A DNA stretch of 64,000 nucleotides, taken from NCBI GenBank assembly GCA_951406725.2, contig OX597832.1, positions 24,924,001 through 24,988,000 on the forward strand, given 5' to 3'. The notes beneath the pieces were generated by a model. That model saw nothing but the letters and a program-made list of their open reading frames with translations. It made no database searches and had not been told where the DNA came from. Every line of letters begins with the position of its first letter. The first letter of the stretch is position 1. Shown in pieces: positions 42,590-56,774 of the stretch. Position numbers and translations under genes: made by a program. The DNA is from Octopus vulgaris. Lineage: Eukaryota.

Positions 42590-42663
42590 GTATATATATA
42601 TATATCATGATAGATCGTTAGCTACTACACGCATTTTTTTCTCTCCTTGTTTTTTTCTGTGTA

Positions 42664-42701
42664 TCTTTCTGTCGAAGAGCGTAGGCTCGAAACGTAAAAG
42701 A
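42664..42701 (+). ncRNA. Hammerhead-like motif, variant core (copy 1)
   Basis: UCUUU-CUGUCGA-A-GAGC(guag)GCUC-GAAA-CG-UA-AAAGA. Stems I and II are perfect, helix III is an ACGU palindrome, and the site is GUA. Confidence 0.6.
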
Positions 42702-42789
42702 CTTTTTCTATTTCTGAGCGCCATACTAATACATTTGTTTGTTTGTCCACCACCTGCCTTCATCTTTTGTTTATTTTCGTAAACTTTGC

Positions 42790-42825
<36 letters not shown>

Positions 42826-42882
42826 ATGATAGATCGTTAGCTACTACACGCATTTTTCTCTCTCCTTGTTTTTTTCTGTGTA

Positions 42883-42920
42883 TCTTTCTGTCGAAGAGCG
42901 TAGGCTCGAAACGTAAAAGA
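42883..42920 (+). ncRNA. Hammerhead-like motif, variant core (copy 2)
   Basis: Identical to 42664-42701. Confidence 0.6.
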
Positions 42921-43032
42921 CTTTTTCTATTCCTGAGCGCCATACTAATACATTTGTTTGTTTGTACACCACCTGCCTTCGTCTTTTGTTTATTTTCGTA
43001 AACTTTGCCTTTATATATATATATATATATAT

Positions 43033-43237
43033 TTACTCTTTTACTCTTTTACTTGTTTCAGTCATTTGACTGTGGCTATGCTAGAGCACCGCCTTTAGTC
43101 GAGCAAATCGACCCCGGGACTTATTCTTTGTAAGCCCAGTACTTATTCTATCGGTCTCTTTTGCCGAACCACTAAGTGACGGGGACGTAAACACACCAGC
43201 ATCGGTTGTCAAGCAATGCTAGGGGGACAAACACAGA

Positions 43238-43311
<74 letters not shown>

Positions 43312-43482
43312 CATATATACGACAGGCTTCTTTCAGTTCCCGTCTACCAAATCCACTCACAAGGCATTGGTCGGCCCGGGGCTATAGCAGAAGATACTCG
43401 CCCAAGATGCCACGCAGTGGGACTGAACCCGGAACCATGTGGTTGGTTAGCAAGCTACTTACCGCACAGCCACTCCTGCGCC
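43033..43482 (-). mobile_element. SINE-B full length
   Basis: Intact head GGCGCAGGAGTGGCTG, internal (TG)n and a (TAAAAGAG)n tail. Confidence 0.9.
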
Positions 43483-45320
43483 TATATATAATATATACAT
43501 ACATATATATATACATACACGCATACATGTATATATACATACATATATATATACATACATATATATATACATACACGCATACATGTATATATATATGTAT
43601 ATATATACATATCATAATGTGCTCCAATCACAGTAATTGTTTTTCATTTATTTCAACCCAACACAAATGAAAACTATACTTATGAAATAATTATTGATTC
43701 GACTTACAATATTTAACGTTGCTGGTATATTACGACGTCCTTCAAATCTCCTGAATCGTTCCTCCGGCCTTCTTTCTTTCAGGGTCATTAATACATGTAG
43801 CAAAACAGGCACTAATTTAATTTTATCTGCTATGGCCCCTGTCGACGATATCTTTGTGTCGTTCTTCTGTCTGGTTCCAGGAAATATTTACGACTCTGTG
43901 ATTTCGTAATTTGGCAAGCACTGTTCCGAACATTTTACACGGCTTCTTCGTATAGGAACAGGCAATGATATTACATTATATCTTCAAGACATTTCAAACC
44001 AATTTCGTCACTAATTAACTTGAGAAGGTCATGAACGTCACGCCATATAAGTTGTCATTTGATTCTGCTCAACGTTCGTGACTTTTGCCTAAGTTGAACA
44101 CTCACTTACACACACCAAAACACTTATACAAAGACACATTCTCATACATAAACATGCATATACACACTTACGCTCACACTCATATAATTAGCTGTATAGC
44201 ACGCTCGGTGAACAAACGCGTTGATTAGACGAATTAAAATGTCTCTTATGATATCCGTGTATTTCTAGTTACAGACGTAAATCGCCCCAAGATATTTCAA
44301 TCACTTTAAATATATTTTCTTCTAGGACAATCAAAAGGCCTTTTCACTGCTTCGATGGCACAATTTGTTTTCGTTTATAATATAAACACGCATGCTACAT
44401 TCGGGTGTTTTATATTCAAACTCTTCGTGATTCTCTGTGTGTGTGTGTGTTTTTTTTTATTTTGCTTTTTTTGTAAAACCATACACAAATCTGTCTCTTT
44501 CAAATTCGATTTAAAAGCTGAAAACTGGCGGCAGAAACGTCTAGATATTCTGAAAGATCTAATGAAAGATACTTATTTCCCTGAGCATATTAGTTTCAAA
44601 TGTTGGCACTCGGTCTGAGATTTAGAGTATGTACGGCGCGGGGCAAGTCGATTACATCGATCCCGATACCCAAGAGGTTGAAGGGCAAAGTCGACCTCAG
44701 CGGAATTTAAAATCAAATCGTAAGAACAGACGGAATACTGCGCGGTAACTATTTTCCGATTACACCGCCTTATCTCTTTCCAAGGGTATATTGGTTCTCA
44801 AGTTTACGCCCAAGTCCAGCAGGTTTTGGGAAGGGACCAAGTCGATTACACCGACCTCAGTGCTTAATAGTTACTTATTATATAGAACCCACAAAGATGT
44901 AATGCAAATCGACCTCGGTGGAATTTGAACTCAGGACGTAAAGGCGGACGAAATGTCGCTAAGCATCATGCGCGGTGGAGCAACGATTCCGCCAGCACGT
45001 CGCCTTATTTCTTTCCATTTCTATATTGCACATTCATTGCTTGTGTTTCCTAATTCAAAGTTACAAAGGGCATAGACCCAATAGATCTATGATGGCCTAT
45101 ATGTGTTAGTAGCTTCGTGTGTATGTGTGTGTGGTCATGTTTAACACCCTATCGTTCAATGCCTGGTGTTGCTTTACTAAGACCCCCGTAATATAGTAGT
45201 CTAAATGAAAAAAAAATGAGACTGATAAAATCTTCGACCAAAACTTTCATGGCAGCATTACAGCATGGCTACAGTCCAATGACACTAACATCTGTAACAT
45301 GTATATATTACACGTGTGTG

Positions 45321-45366
<46 letters not shown>

Positions 45367-45562
45367 CCGGTGTTGTTCAAACGATGAATACCTTCGCGTA
45401 AACCATTTTATTTATTATCATCTTATAATCATCACATAATAATGACTTTTATGACTCGTAATACTACCCCAGTCAATCTAAATGTATATATTTGTCACTA
45501 CCTGTCATAAATAGCCTTTTTCTATTTGCAATATGCATTTTCGTTGATTTTTCATATTTTAC

Positions 45563-45614
<52 letters not shown>

Positions 45615-46631
45615 TTATACATATATATATATATGTGTGTGTGTGTGTTAGATGGAGTACTCTTTTTTTGTTGAACTTAGACATACGGACCAATACATAT
45701 ATATATATATATATTTCCATTTTATTTATTTCGTATAGACATTGCTTACCCATAGCCCAAGTTAATTAGCAAAAAAAAAAAAATTGTAGAGAAGATTAAA
45801 GAATAAACGCGCAGATCGTCGTTAACTTCCGAAGCAAACTGCATTTCACAAAGCAAACTTCCAACACCATATAATTCACTAATATGATTTTTGAAGATTA
45901 AAAATGGTGACATATTGCTTCTTCTTCACGCATATAATTTACTTTCTTTTTATATTTCGAAAGGCAAAACACTCGTTCCTGATTATGTTTATATATATAT
46001 GATATTTCGACCAACACTGCGTAATTATGCTTCGTATAAAATGACATCCAAGTGTAAACCGGGAAAAGAGAGAGAGAGAGAGAGATGTCCAAAATTTATA
46101 CACTCGTCTTCTGTTTCAATTAATGTCTAAAACAGAATACTATCGAACTGCAAGAACTTCAAAGGAAACCTTCAAATGTAGCACTAAAGTGAACAATTTC
46201 AAATAAATTTGTTTATGAGTTGCTTCGAATGCAAAACTACCCTTTTATCTAAAATCAATTCGTTTTTATCATATTTTTTGGTATCATTTTATTTGTAGCA
46301 ATATTGAATGCTCCGTTTAATGAGGGAGGAGACGGTGGATCGGAGAAATTTTCCGAAGATTGATTTTTTTTCATTTGTATTTGTGCTGGTTGCGAAAGGA
46401 GTTTATTCAAAACTCTCTTTGATATCGCTTTTGGTTAAAGTGCTTTTAAACCTAGATATAGCTTTAACGAAGGTTTCTTTACTAGAGAATATGTTAAATA
46501 GAATTGCTATGATATCGATGAGACTTCATTCTAAGAACAATTAACTTGCTGTAAGGGAATGCATTACTCTAAGTTTCCCAGGAGGGTGTGGTTGGTTGAG
46601 ATGTTTTAGAAGTGATGCTAAGCCTGAGTAC

Positions 46632-46678
46632 ATCCCATTGAAAAGAGTCAAAGGTCTCGAAACATCGATGTCTGGAAT
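46632..46678 (+). ncRNA. Decayed minimal hammerhead motif
   Basis: AUCCCA-UUGAAAA-GAG(ucaaaggu)CUC-GAAA-CAUCGAUG-UC-UGGAAU. It has two core mismatches, an 8-nt palindromic helix III, a GUC site and stem I 5/6. Confidence 0.55.
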
Positions 46679-46907
46679 TCCTGGTAGATGGCGACACTGA
46701 ACAAACCGGGTTTTTTCGCACCTTTTTACCTTTTTACTGTAAGAGATATTTTCTCCACGGCAATTGCAGACATTGGCATTTTAGCAGTTGAAATATGTCA
46801 CAAATATATTTTAACTAACCTAAATTTTGGGTCTGTCTTAACACTGCTTTATATGTTATGTTCACACACACACAGACACTCACACACGCACGCACACACA
46901 CACACAA

Positions 46908-46949
<42 letters not shown>

Positions 46950-46950
<1 letters not shown>

Positions 46951-47056
46951 AATAAAGTACCAGTTTCGCACTGGGGTCGATGTAATCGACTTAATCCGTT
47001 TGTCTGTCCTTGTTTGTCCCCTCTGTGTTCAGCCCCTTGTGGGCAATAAGGAAATG
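46950..47056 (+). mobile_element. SINE-A 3' fragment inside a microsatellite
   Basis: AAGTACCAGTTTCGCACTGGGGTCGATG...AGCCCCTTGTGGGC. Confidence 0.85.
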
Positions 47057-47688
47057 TATATATATATATAAATATACATACATCCACCTTGAAACATCTT
47101 TTCGCTGAATATATCGACCCAATAGTTATATTTTTAAAGTGTCTATAAAAAAAAGAAACATAGAGATCGATTCATTTGTGTAAAAAGCCCCAGCTTGGTC
47201 GCAATCCAATAAGTGAAAGGCGTGAAAGATAAATGATATAACGACAAAACGTCCTTCTTTACGTCACGTGTTTTTCTTTCTCATGTATAACGCTTACAAG
47301 ATCTAATCAGTTTGTATTTCTTTGTGTGTATATTCACAACCAAATCTCATTTACTGTTTTACTACAACGGTCTTGAATAATTGCTAGAAAGTGCAGATAT
47401 TGTGCATAATTCAGTTTGCAAATCGAATTAAGGTCGTCGAATTCGAATCTGTGTCGTTGTTAGATATAGACTGCTAGTGTTGGGGAAACGTATAATTTCA
47501 TTACTTAGTGTCTTAGTAATGTTTTGCTCGCTATGGCAACACTCGTAAGACACAGAAGATGGTTAATTACATTTAATTTTTGTAACAATAGCCAATTATG
47601 TTGCTTACCCTATTTTTTTCAGATATCTGTTACCGTTATATCTATCTATCTATCTATCTGTCTGTCTGTCTGTCTGCCTGTCCGTCTG

Positions 47689-47755
<67 letters not shown>

Positions 47756-47800
47756 GTCTATCTGTCTGCCTATCTATCTATCTATCTATTTATATATATA

Positions 47801-47856
<56 letters not shown>

Positions 47857-48122
47857 CACTCAATATAAATATACATTTATATGTATGTATATACATATAT
47901 ATATATATATGCACATATATATATATACACATATATGTATATATATTATACGCATACATATGTATACGTATATATATATATATAATACATATAGATACAT
48001 GTACATATATATATATGTATATGTATGTATATATATATAATACATATAGATACATGTACATATATATATATGTATATGTATGTATATATATATGTGCATA
48101 TATATTTAAATATATATGTATA

Positions 48123-48173
<51 letters not shown>

Positions 48174-48479
48174 TTATACATATATGTGTGTGCGTATGTA
48201 TGTATGCATATGTATATATTTCCAAAAGAATTACAAAGAATACGGAGACTGATACATCTTCAAGAAATTCTTCAATTTCTTGAAAAATGGGGTCATAAAC
48301 CCGAAATATTGAATATATGGTAAGTCTACATTAATTCACATATTTGTTTTCTTGTGATTTACCCTGCATTTACTTCGCATTGTTTTGGCCTTACCCACGA
48401 TCTTTTATACAATATATTCCACACAATCCTGCACATTCCATTATAATATATATATATATATATATATATGCATATATGC

Positions 48480-48533
<54 letters not shown>

Positions 48534-48571
48534 TAGATAATAGATAGATAGATAGATAGATAGATAAATAA

Positions 48572-48632
<61 letters not shown>

Positions 48633-49760
48633 CAGATAGATAGATAGATAGGAGCGTATTGCTAACACATGGACATTATTGCTGAAACTGACGTCACTAT
48701 TTTTGTTTAACATGATTCGCCTTCCTCTTTATTCCTTTTCATGCCCTTGGCCTTCAAACGTATTCGTTGTTGCAGTTTGATCTTCAGCACTGTCTCCTTT
48801 CTACGTAACGTTTTTTCCTATACTCTACGTTGTATATAGACAAAACTGAAATACATGATAATCTTGATTACCTCCCTTCCATTTTCTTAGTTCTAATTCT
48901 ATTTTTGTTTGAAAAGCCACATCTATCTATAATAATTATCTAAATAAAACAAGCATATACTTCAATATGTCGGAAACAGATATATCGTATACATATAAAT
49001 CGGATTTATGATTATCCCATCCGAATCGTAGTTAATAGTCTTCAAGTTCCCTCGCTAATCTCTTCAATGCATTCAACAGCCAATATATTACATTCAATCT
49101 AGAGTTTATTACTATGGCGTCTGGTGTATATTTAGACCTGTTACGTTCATCTGGTTTATCTCTCGTACACTTTCGTAACATTTGTATTTTCTAATTTTCT
49201 CAGTGTCTGTGTGTCATATCTTATTCGTGCCATAAACACGTAATATCTTCTTGGCTTCGTTATTTTGCAATTCACTGGTTTTAGTGTTTCAATCTTAATT
49301 TAATGTTCTTGATTTTATTTAAGCAAATAAAATCGAAGACCAGGTTATGGGGAACGCTTCGTTTTGCTTTCGTATTTTCTACTGCATTGAATCGTTTGAA
49401 CTTCACGTAACATTTATTCTGAATTCTTACGTTGGTTATCTATAATGATAAATGGCAAGTTTGTGTGTTTGTGAATTTGTTACTTTAACTCCTCCGAGAC
49501 TATCCAACAGGCCTTGATAAAAACTTGACAAGTGTGTGTGTGGGGGGGGGGGGCTTATGCCCATGCGGTCGCTTACGCACTAGGAATTCTTCTTTAAAAG
49601 TCGATTTTTAATCAGCATCGATTTTTCAAAAATCGTAAAATTACGGCATTTTTCGTACTAGTGACAGTTTTATGTTTATAAAAAAAAGATATATAATAAC
49701 AGATAATAACTTTATCAAAACTTGCTATGAGGATAAAAATAAACCTTCTTTTCTATAATG

Positions 49761-50053
49761 TTATTCAATAAAGCCACCTTCAGCTTCAACAACTGATTGT
49801 AGATGAGATCTAAGTCCTCTGCATACTCGAAACATTTGGTCCGGGTTCATTTGGGCCATTACTCTGACTATGGCAGCTGTGAAAGAATCATTGGTGTTAC
49901 GGGCTTGTTCATTGATCTCTTTCTCAACAACGCTCCACATGTAATAGTCTGATAGATTCAGATCTAGAGAATTAGGAGATCAAATGTTAGGGTTTAGGTG
50001 ATCATGAAACTTTTCAACCATCCATTCCTGTGTAACGAGAGCCTGTGTTACGA

Positions 50054-50060
<7 letters not shown>
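49761..50060 (-). pseudogene. Tc1/mariner transposase C-terminal remnant
   Basis: Minus-strand 'VTQEWMVEKFHDHLNPNI*SPNSLDLNLSDYYMWSVVEKEIN...VVEAEGGFIE*' contains the decayed WPPNSPDLNP.DY motif. Confidence 0.85.
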
Positions 50061-50116
<56 letters not shown>

Positions 50117-50966
50117 GGACATTAACTCTCACATACTTCTAGCATCCGGGAGAAGAGTAAGGAGGTGAGATTCACAGTAATCAGAGCCGAGTAAATCTTC
50201 CTCAACGTCTGGAATAACCAACTTGACTGAAATCAATTTGATAAAGAAACTTCCAAAAAATCATAAAGCAATGACCTGTTTCAAATCATCCCAATCATAA
50301 ACAAAGAGTGATAGGTAGGATATCATTTATAATCTTCATGAAATACTTCTCTTTTTCATTAGATTAAATATTTACTCATCGTGGGGGCAACGTTCCAAAC
50401 TAAGACACGGTCAATTCCGAACAACATCGGACGTGGCGAGATGAGTCAAATCGACAAACAGTGAAACATTAATGATAATTGCATCGGTAACTGCCATTAC
50501 TTGTATCCTGATAAGACACATTTCAAATTAACAAGCGATGTAAAAGGAAATAACACTTAGTTTACATCAAGCTAATATTCGGATTCTAAACTATTATTGT
50601 TTGAAACTAAATTTTAACAATGTTACATCTTCCAAGATTCTGTGTTTGACTTTATTCATTAACGTCACTCGTAACAAGCTTGTTAATGAGGGTCGCATCT
50701 AATATGCTTAGCACCTAATGAAACCTTCAGGTTTTAGATGCATCTGCACCGAGATAACAGCTCACGCTTCCATACGTTGCAGCAGAGTCGTTAATTATTT
50801 AATTATTTGCGTTTGGTATGTTTCTCCGTGTTCTTAGTTTATGGTACATTTGATGACAATGTTCTTATTCTTGTCATCACCGCGCGGTAATTAAAATAAG
50901 CACCCATAATATATACATCGATATTATATACCTTTATTGTGTGTATGCGTGTGTGTGAGAGAGAGA

Positions 50967-51049
<83 letters not shown>

Positions 51050-51088
51050 TGTGTGTGTGTGTGTGTGTATAGATACATATATACACGC

Positions 51089-51497
51089 GGCGAGCTGGCA
51101 GAAACTTTAGCACGCCGGGTGAAATGCTCAGCGGTATTTCGCGTGCTGCTACGTTCTGAGTTCAAATTCCGCCGAGGTCGACTTTGCCTTTCATCCTTTC
51201 GGGGTCGATTAAATAATTACCAGTTACGCACTGTGGTCGATGTAGTCGACTTATTCCGTTTGTCTGTCCTTGTTTGTTCTTTCTGTGTGCAGCCCCTTGT
51301 GGGCAATTAAGAAATAGGTATTTCGTTTGCCTTTACGTTCTGAGTTCAAATTCCGCCGAGGTCGACTTTGCCTTTTATCCTTTCTTGGTCGATAAATTAA
51401 GTACTAGTTACGCACTGAGGTCAATGTAATCGACTTAATCTCTCTGTCCTTGTTTGTCCCTTCTATGTTTATCCCCTTGTGAGCAATAAAGAAATAT
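51089..51497 (+). mobile_element. SINE-A dimer with 17-bp TSD
   Basis: Internal junction AAGAAATA|GGTATTTCG at ~51316. TSD GATACATATATACACGC at 51072-51088 and 51498-51514. Confidence 0.9.
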
Positions 51498-51739
51498 GAT
51501 ACATATATACACGCACTCAAACACATGTAACCGAACGGGCAGATTCGTTAGGGCGTCGGAGAATATGCTAGAATGTCTTGTAATATTCCTTCCAGATTTA
51601 AGACGAATGTCTAACAGAATCGATCCTACACTGGATCTTTGTCCGTCTTTAGTTTCTGAGTTCAAATGCTGCAAAACTTTAAGTCTGCCTATCATACCTT
51701 CCGGAGTCGATAAACTAAGTACCAGTTGAGATCTGGTCC

Positions 51740-52400
51740 TATTAGGCAACGTAACCGTCATTACTCCTTCCAGCTGCATTCCCAGCTTGACCAATTAAAA
51801 CTAAGGATATCATCCAAACATCTCGTTGTTGGTCAACCACTAAGTTTCCTGCTAGTTGGCTCGGCTTCAAAAATATGTCTCGTGATTATTTCCAGTGACA
51901 CAGCAACGAAATGCCCACAATATCGGAGTCGTGGCATCTCAATGCGTTATCCAGTGGCGCCACTCCAGGGATACTTCGGAGGAATCTCGGTTCGGCCGTT
52001 TGTATTAGCAATTCCACACTTTCAAATCATTATCCAATATCTGCAAAATAGGTGAGGGTTAGCACAAAAACCGAATTGGAGATACCAAGTTTGGCTAAAA
52101 TATCTAGACAGTAGATTCTTCTAAATTTGAATCCTGCTGTACCAGTAACTATTTCACTACCATATTAAACGAAATTCCTCCATATTCTAACACTATTTTT
52201 TATTACATTTACTTCCTTTAGTGCCGACCAAATATTCGCATTCTGTCGCAACAGTTCTTGATATTTCTCTCTCTTTCTCTCTCGACCGTCTTTGTTCTTT
52301 AATTTTAATCATATTGTCTCAATATATTGCAATATCGATTACATCCCGAGCGGAACACTCGAGCATTCTTGTGACTGTTTGCCCTGCTGAACATAGCAGC
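51740..52400 (-). pseudogene. RTE-clade LINE 3' remnant
   Basis: Minus-strand 'AEPTSRKLSG*PTTRCLDDILSFNWS' matches the RTE terminal 'G.R.RGRP..RW.D' motif. Confidence 0.55.
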
Positions 52401-52867
52401 TAAATATCTCTAAAATTTACCGTTAACATATTAAAGACAAATATTTTTTTACACTCCATCTTTTTACTTACTTCAGTCGTGGGACCGAAGCTGTAATAGG
52501 GGCAATGCCTTGAATTGCTTAGTCGTACAAATCGCCCCCAGATATTTATTTTCAAATCTGGTACTTGATTGAGGGGACGTAAATAAACTAGAACCGATTG
52601 TCAAACCGTGGTGGACAGCCAACATAACCACAAAGACACATGTACAAATAAAGTAATAAGTATAGATGAAAGGTAAATAAATTTTCAGTAAAATACTAAA
52701 CACTCGTAAAAACTCCGGAGAGGTTTGATGGAGTATCCAAAAAATGGTAAAGTATCGGATAATACAAACACCGATGCACAAAACTAAGAGATGGTTACTG
52801 TCAGAACGAGTTTTGCGGACAAGTCTTCTCGATCAACTCCGACAACTGACACCGATAACAATGATAA

Positions 52868-52911
<44 letters not shown>

Positions 52912-53548
52912 GTAAAAACAATAACACCAACAAGAACAACAACTGCAACAGAACCCGCAGCAGCAGCCGTTCAAGAATTTGGACCTGGAGATCTCCATTT
53001 CCAGAGACTTCGAGGGTCACCTCCCAGTGGTGTCAGGTGTCAACGAAGAGCCCTCGACTACAACAAGACGACCAAAGTTTGTTTTTTTTCCCCAAGGTCT
53101 GGGGTCTCCCGCCCCTAAGCTCTAGATCATCACCTAATCACTCTTACCCATCTTGTTGCTTAACAACAACAAAAAAAGCAACAGCAGCAATTTCCCGTCT
53201 TTATACTTTGATTGCTACACAACCCACCTACCCCCACAAAACAAACTATATCCTGCTCAATAACATACATTTTTTTCTTATTTCTAGTGGGCGGGAATGT
53301 ATTTTGATCAGAAATTTCCGATCTAAATTTTCTTTTTGCATTTTATTTTACGCTGAAGTTGCTAATTCCATGCTTTCACTACGCTTTGTAATATTATACT
53401 TGCTGTATATTTCCCTCCAGACACTTCTGTTTTGACATTATCGTACACTTTCTTTATATGTCCCGTTGCATAATTTACTACATTCTCATTATCAAATATT
53501 CAAAACACTTCCGACATTCTCACACATTGCACCTAACTCGTTCCTTGA

Positions 53549-53598
<50 letters not shown>

Positions 53599-53696
53599 AT
53601 ATATATATTTAGAGATATATATGTATTCATATATATACATACAAACATATATATATATATATATATACATACATGTATATATATATGTATGTATGC

Positions 53697-53734
<38 letters not shown>

Positions 53735-53768
53735 TTGTGTATATATATATATGTGCATACATGTATGC

Positions 53769-53811
<43 letters not shown>

Positions 53812-54415
53812 TACATGTATGTATATATGTGTATGTGTGTGTGAATATATGTATGTATGTATACATATATATATATATATGTATTTGTGTGTTTATACAT
53901 GTATTTATATATATATATACATATATGTGCATACATGTATATATATATATACATGCATACATATATATATATATACATATATATGTATGTATGTATGTAT
54001 GTATGTTTGTTGTAATTAGTTCATATATCAGAAGCACACTAAAGCACACCAAAACATTAGAGCAGTAATAATATATTCTGAGGAAGTAGATTGTTATACC
54101 CGGTCAGAAAATGACCATGTGTTCCGCATCTATATATTGCTTGGCCATATATCTGACCTTCTAGACTTATTTGCCGAAGGCACATGACCTCTCAACAACT
54201 GCAGGTAGGAAGATATCAGGATCTGTTAGTTTTGTTAGAAAAGATTATTCACCTCTAATGTTTCTTCCGTTAACTCCAGGTCTGGCGTCGCTCTTGCTGC
54301 TGCCGAAGATGTTGTTGCTAGAATCTTTTCTCAGCTGAATTTGCTGTTTGTCTTAAGTTCTATTAATTAGAAAATTACTATTTTTAAATCTCACAACCAG
54401 AGTTATTCAGCAAAT

Positions 54416-54679
54416 GTACTTTGGAGTAAAGACCGTTTACCAACATAACATGGCAGTCACGGTTTAGGACGAATGTTGCTGTAATTTAGCCCTAGGAGAC
54501 GTCGTCTCCAGCTGACTATACGACACTATCTGTGTCCTTATATTTTCGAAAATATAAGGACACAGAACGTGTCGTATAGCCAGGTGGAGACGATGGCCCT
54601 TGGGGCTAAATTACAGCAACATTCGTCCTAAACCAGGACTGCCATGATATGTTGGCAAACAATCTTTACTCTTAAGTTC
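54416..54679. mobile_element. Fold-back MITE: near-perfect 264-bp palindrome
   Basis: The arms meet at TATTTTC|GAAAATA (54547/54548). Relatives lie at 14757-15023 and 13262-13320. Confidence 0.85.
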
Positions 54680-55559
54680 TATTATTCTACTATTTCCATT
54701 TCTCCAACTGCTGCTCTCTACAATTGCCTTGTTTTCCCAAGGTTTACGATATTTAGTCCTTTAAGCTTTGTGTTAAATGATACTTCTTGAATTCATAGGC
54801 TCTATTCTTTTCCTTCTTTTAAGTCTCTTCCGCTACTGTAGATTCAAACTTTGGAGGAAAAAAAGCGTCACAATTTGTTTCATTAAATTCAAAGAGTTTT
54901 TGCTAAAGTCAGAAATTCAGATCCTAATCCTTTCAATATATTATCTTTCTATTATTATCTTTCCTCGGTAATCCGTCAAACGTAATCTTTGGAATTATCT
55001 TCGGATGACATTAGATTATATTTTGCATCAAGTGCAGAGAGATAACAGGGTGACACCGTAGTAGGATGGTGAAAGGGGATGCGATGCTAAGAGACGTAAA
55101 AGCTGAGCTAGGAGGAAAGGATGAACAGGTAGAAGTAGGGGGTGATACACGGGGGTGGGGGTTAGCGGTTTATCGATGGGGAAACCAAAGGCTTAGGGAG
55201 AAACATGGTGGAATTGAGCAATGAAAAGGAAACCGTGGAGAACTGACGAAATGAAAAGTTGAAAAATTGAAAAATGAAGAATGAAAAAGAAATGAGAAAT
55301 GAGAAAAAAAAATGAAAAGAGAAAAATATTAAATGTCACTATCTAAAATTAGAAAATGAATTTAAAGTGAAAATATGACAAGCTAAGGTATTAATATAGC
55401 TATATTATATGAACAGGAGACAGTAAGGAGGGTTTTAGAAATCCTCGTTTCAATACACTGAGAAAGTTTTATTAATTTTTGTCGTCGAATTTCAACCGAT
55501 CAAAAGTTTAGAAAGTTTAAAAGTCTAGCGATTTATTTATATATATATACATATACACA

Positions 55560-55852
<293 letters not shown>

Positions 55853-55916
55853 GGACCTACTGGTGCCGCGTGGTCTCTCTGTAGCCCCTTGTTGCTAGTT
55901 CTGGAGTTAATCGATG

Positions 55917-55960
55917 AAGTGAGCACTTTCAGATCTATAATCCTTCACTTCATCGGACTT
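55917..55960 (-). ncRNA. Hammerhead-like motif 3' of a Penelope endonuclease remnant
   Basis: Minus strand: AAGU-CCGAUGA-AGUGAAGGAUUAUAGAUCU-GAAA-GUGC-UC-ACUU. It lies ~55 nt downstream of the GIY-YIG ORF end. Confidence 0.65.
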
Positions 55961-56014
55961 TACACTTTACATGGTTATTACTGCTGGCGTTGGTGAGGGG
56001 TTCCGGAGGCAGTA

Positions 56015-56260
56015 AATGAATTTTCAACCCTCAAGTTCGTTCCGGCGGTTGAAGCTGGACGCCTTCTACCTAATGAAGTGTACATCCTTTATTTTGAGGT
56101 TGAAGGCATCAATTCCCCTGGACAATATCCTGGTGGAGAATTCTCCATCGCAGAGTCGGTGGTTTTGGAATACGGCGCAGGATGCTGTGGCCTTCTGAAG
56201 ATGTTCTTTCCCTCTGACATGAAGCTGTTGTTAAGTCGGTCCAATATATTGATTCCCGCA
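56015..56260 (-). pseudogene. Penelope-like element GIY-YIG endonuclease remnant (not in the ORF track because of stops)
   Basis: Manual translation gives CGNQYIGPT*QQLHVRGKEHLQKATASCAVFQNHRLCDGEFSTRILSRGIDAFNLKIKDVHFIR*KASSFNRRNEL. This fits the PLE pattern C..YIG.T...L..R..EH...SAV..H...E...I....P.LN. Confidence 0.85.
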
Positions 56261-56628
56261 AGTCGATTTTTTCCATTAAAAGGTAATGCAGGGTATAAAG
56301 AATAAGGGTCTTATTAAACTAAGTTCGAGGATTTAGAATTTTGGCTGGAAAAAGGTTATGTGTGTAGCATATGATACAGAGAATACGTAAGAATAATTTG
56401 CATATATATATATATACATATATATATATTTCTAAATGTAAAAGATGTATTTAGTAAATTCATATAAATATGTGTACATCCTTACATAGCACATAAATGC
56501 ACATCAATGAATTACACATATACACGCACATATACACACACACATATATATGTGTGTGTGTGAGTGCGTATGTATGTATGTACTAATCTATATATATGCA
56601 TATATCAATATATTTACTTATGTGAATG

Positions 56629-56659
<31 letters not shown>

Positions 56660-56774
56660 CTCATATATATATATATATATACATACATATATATATTGGT
56701 GCCCCAGCAGGGCCGCGGCCTTCGGGCAAAAACATTTTAAAGGAGTTTAAGGATTTATATATATATATATATAT

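Larger units (their letters stand above)
42606..43012 (+). mobile_element. Tandem dimer (219-nt period) of a ~187-bp hammerhead-like unit embedded in (TA)n; putative Penelope pseudo-LTR
   Basis: Two near-identical units (42606-42792 and 42825-43012), each bounded by (TA)n. Confidence 0.8.

Noticed and set aside
52744-53435. 214-aa and 124-aa ORFs with poly-N/poly-T
   Set aside because: They are driven by a (CAA)n tract and show no recognisable domain.
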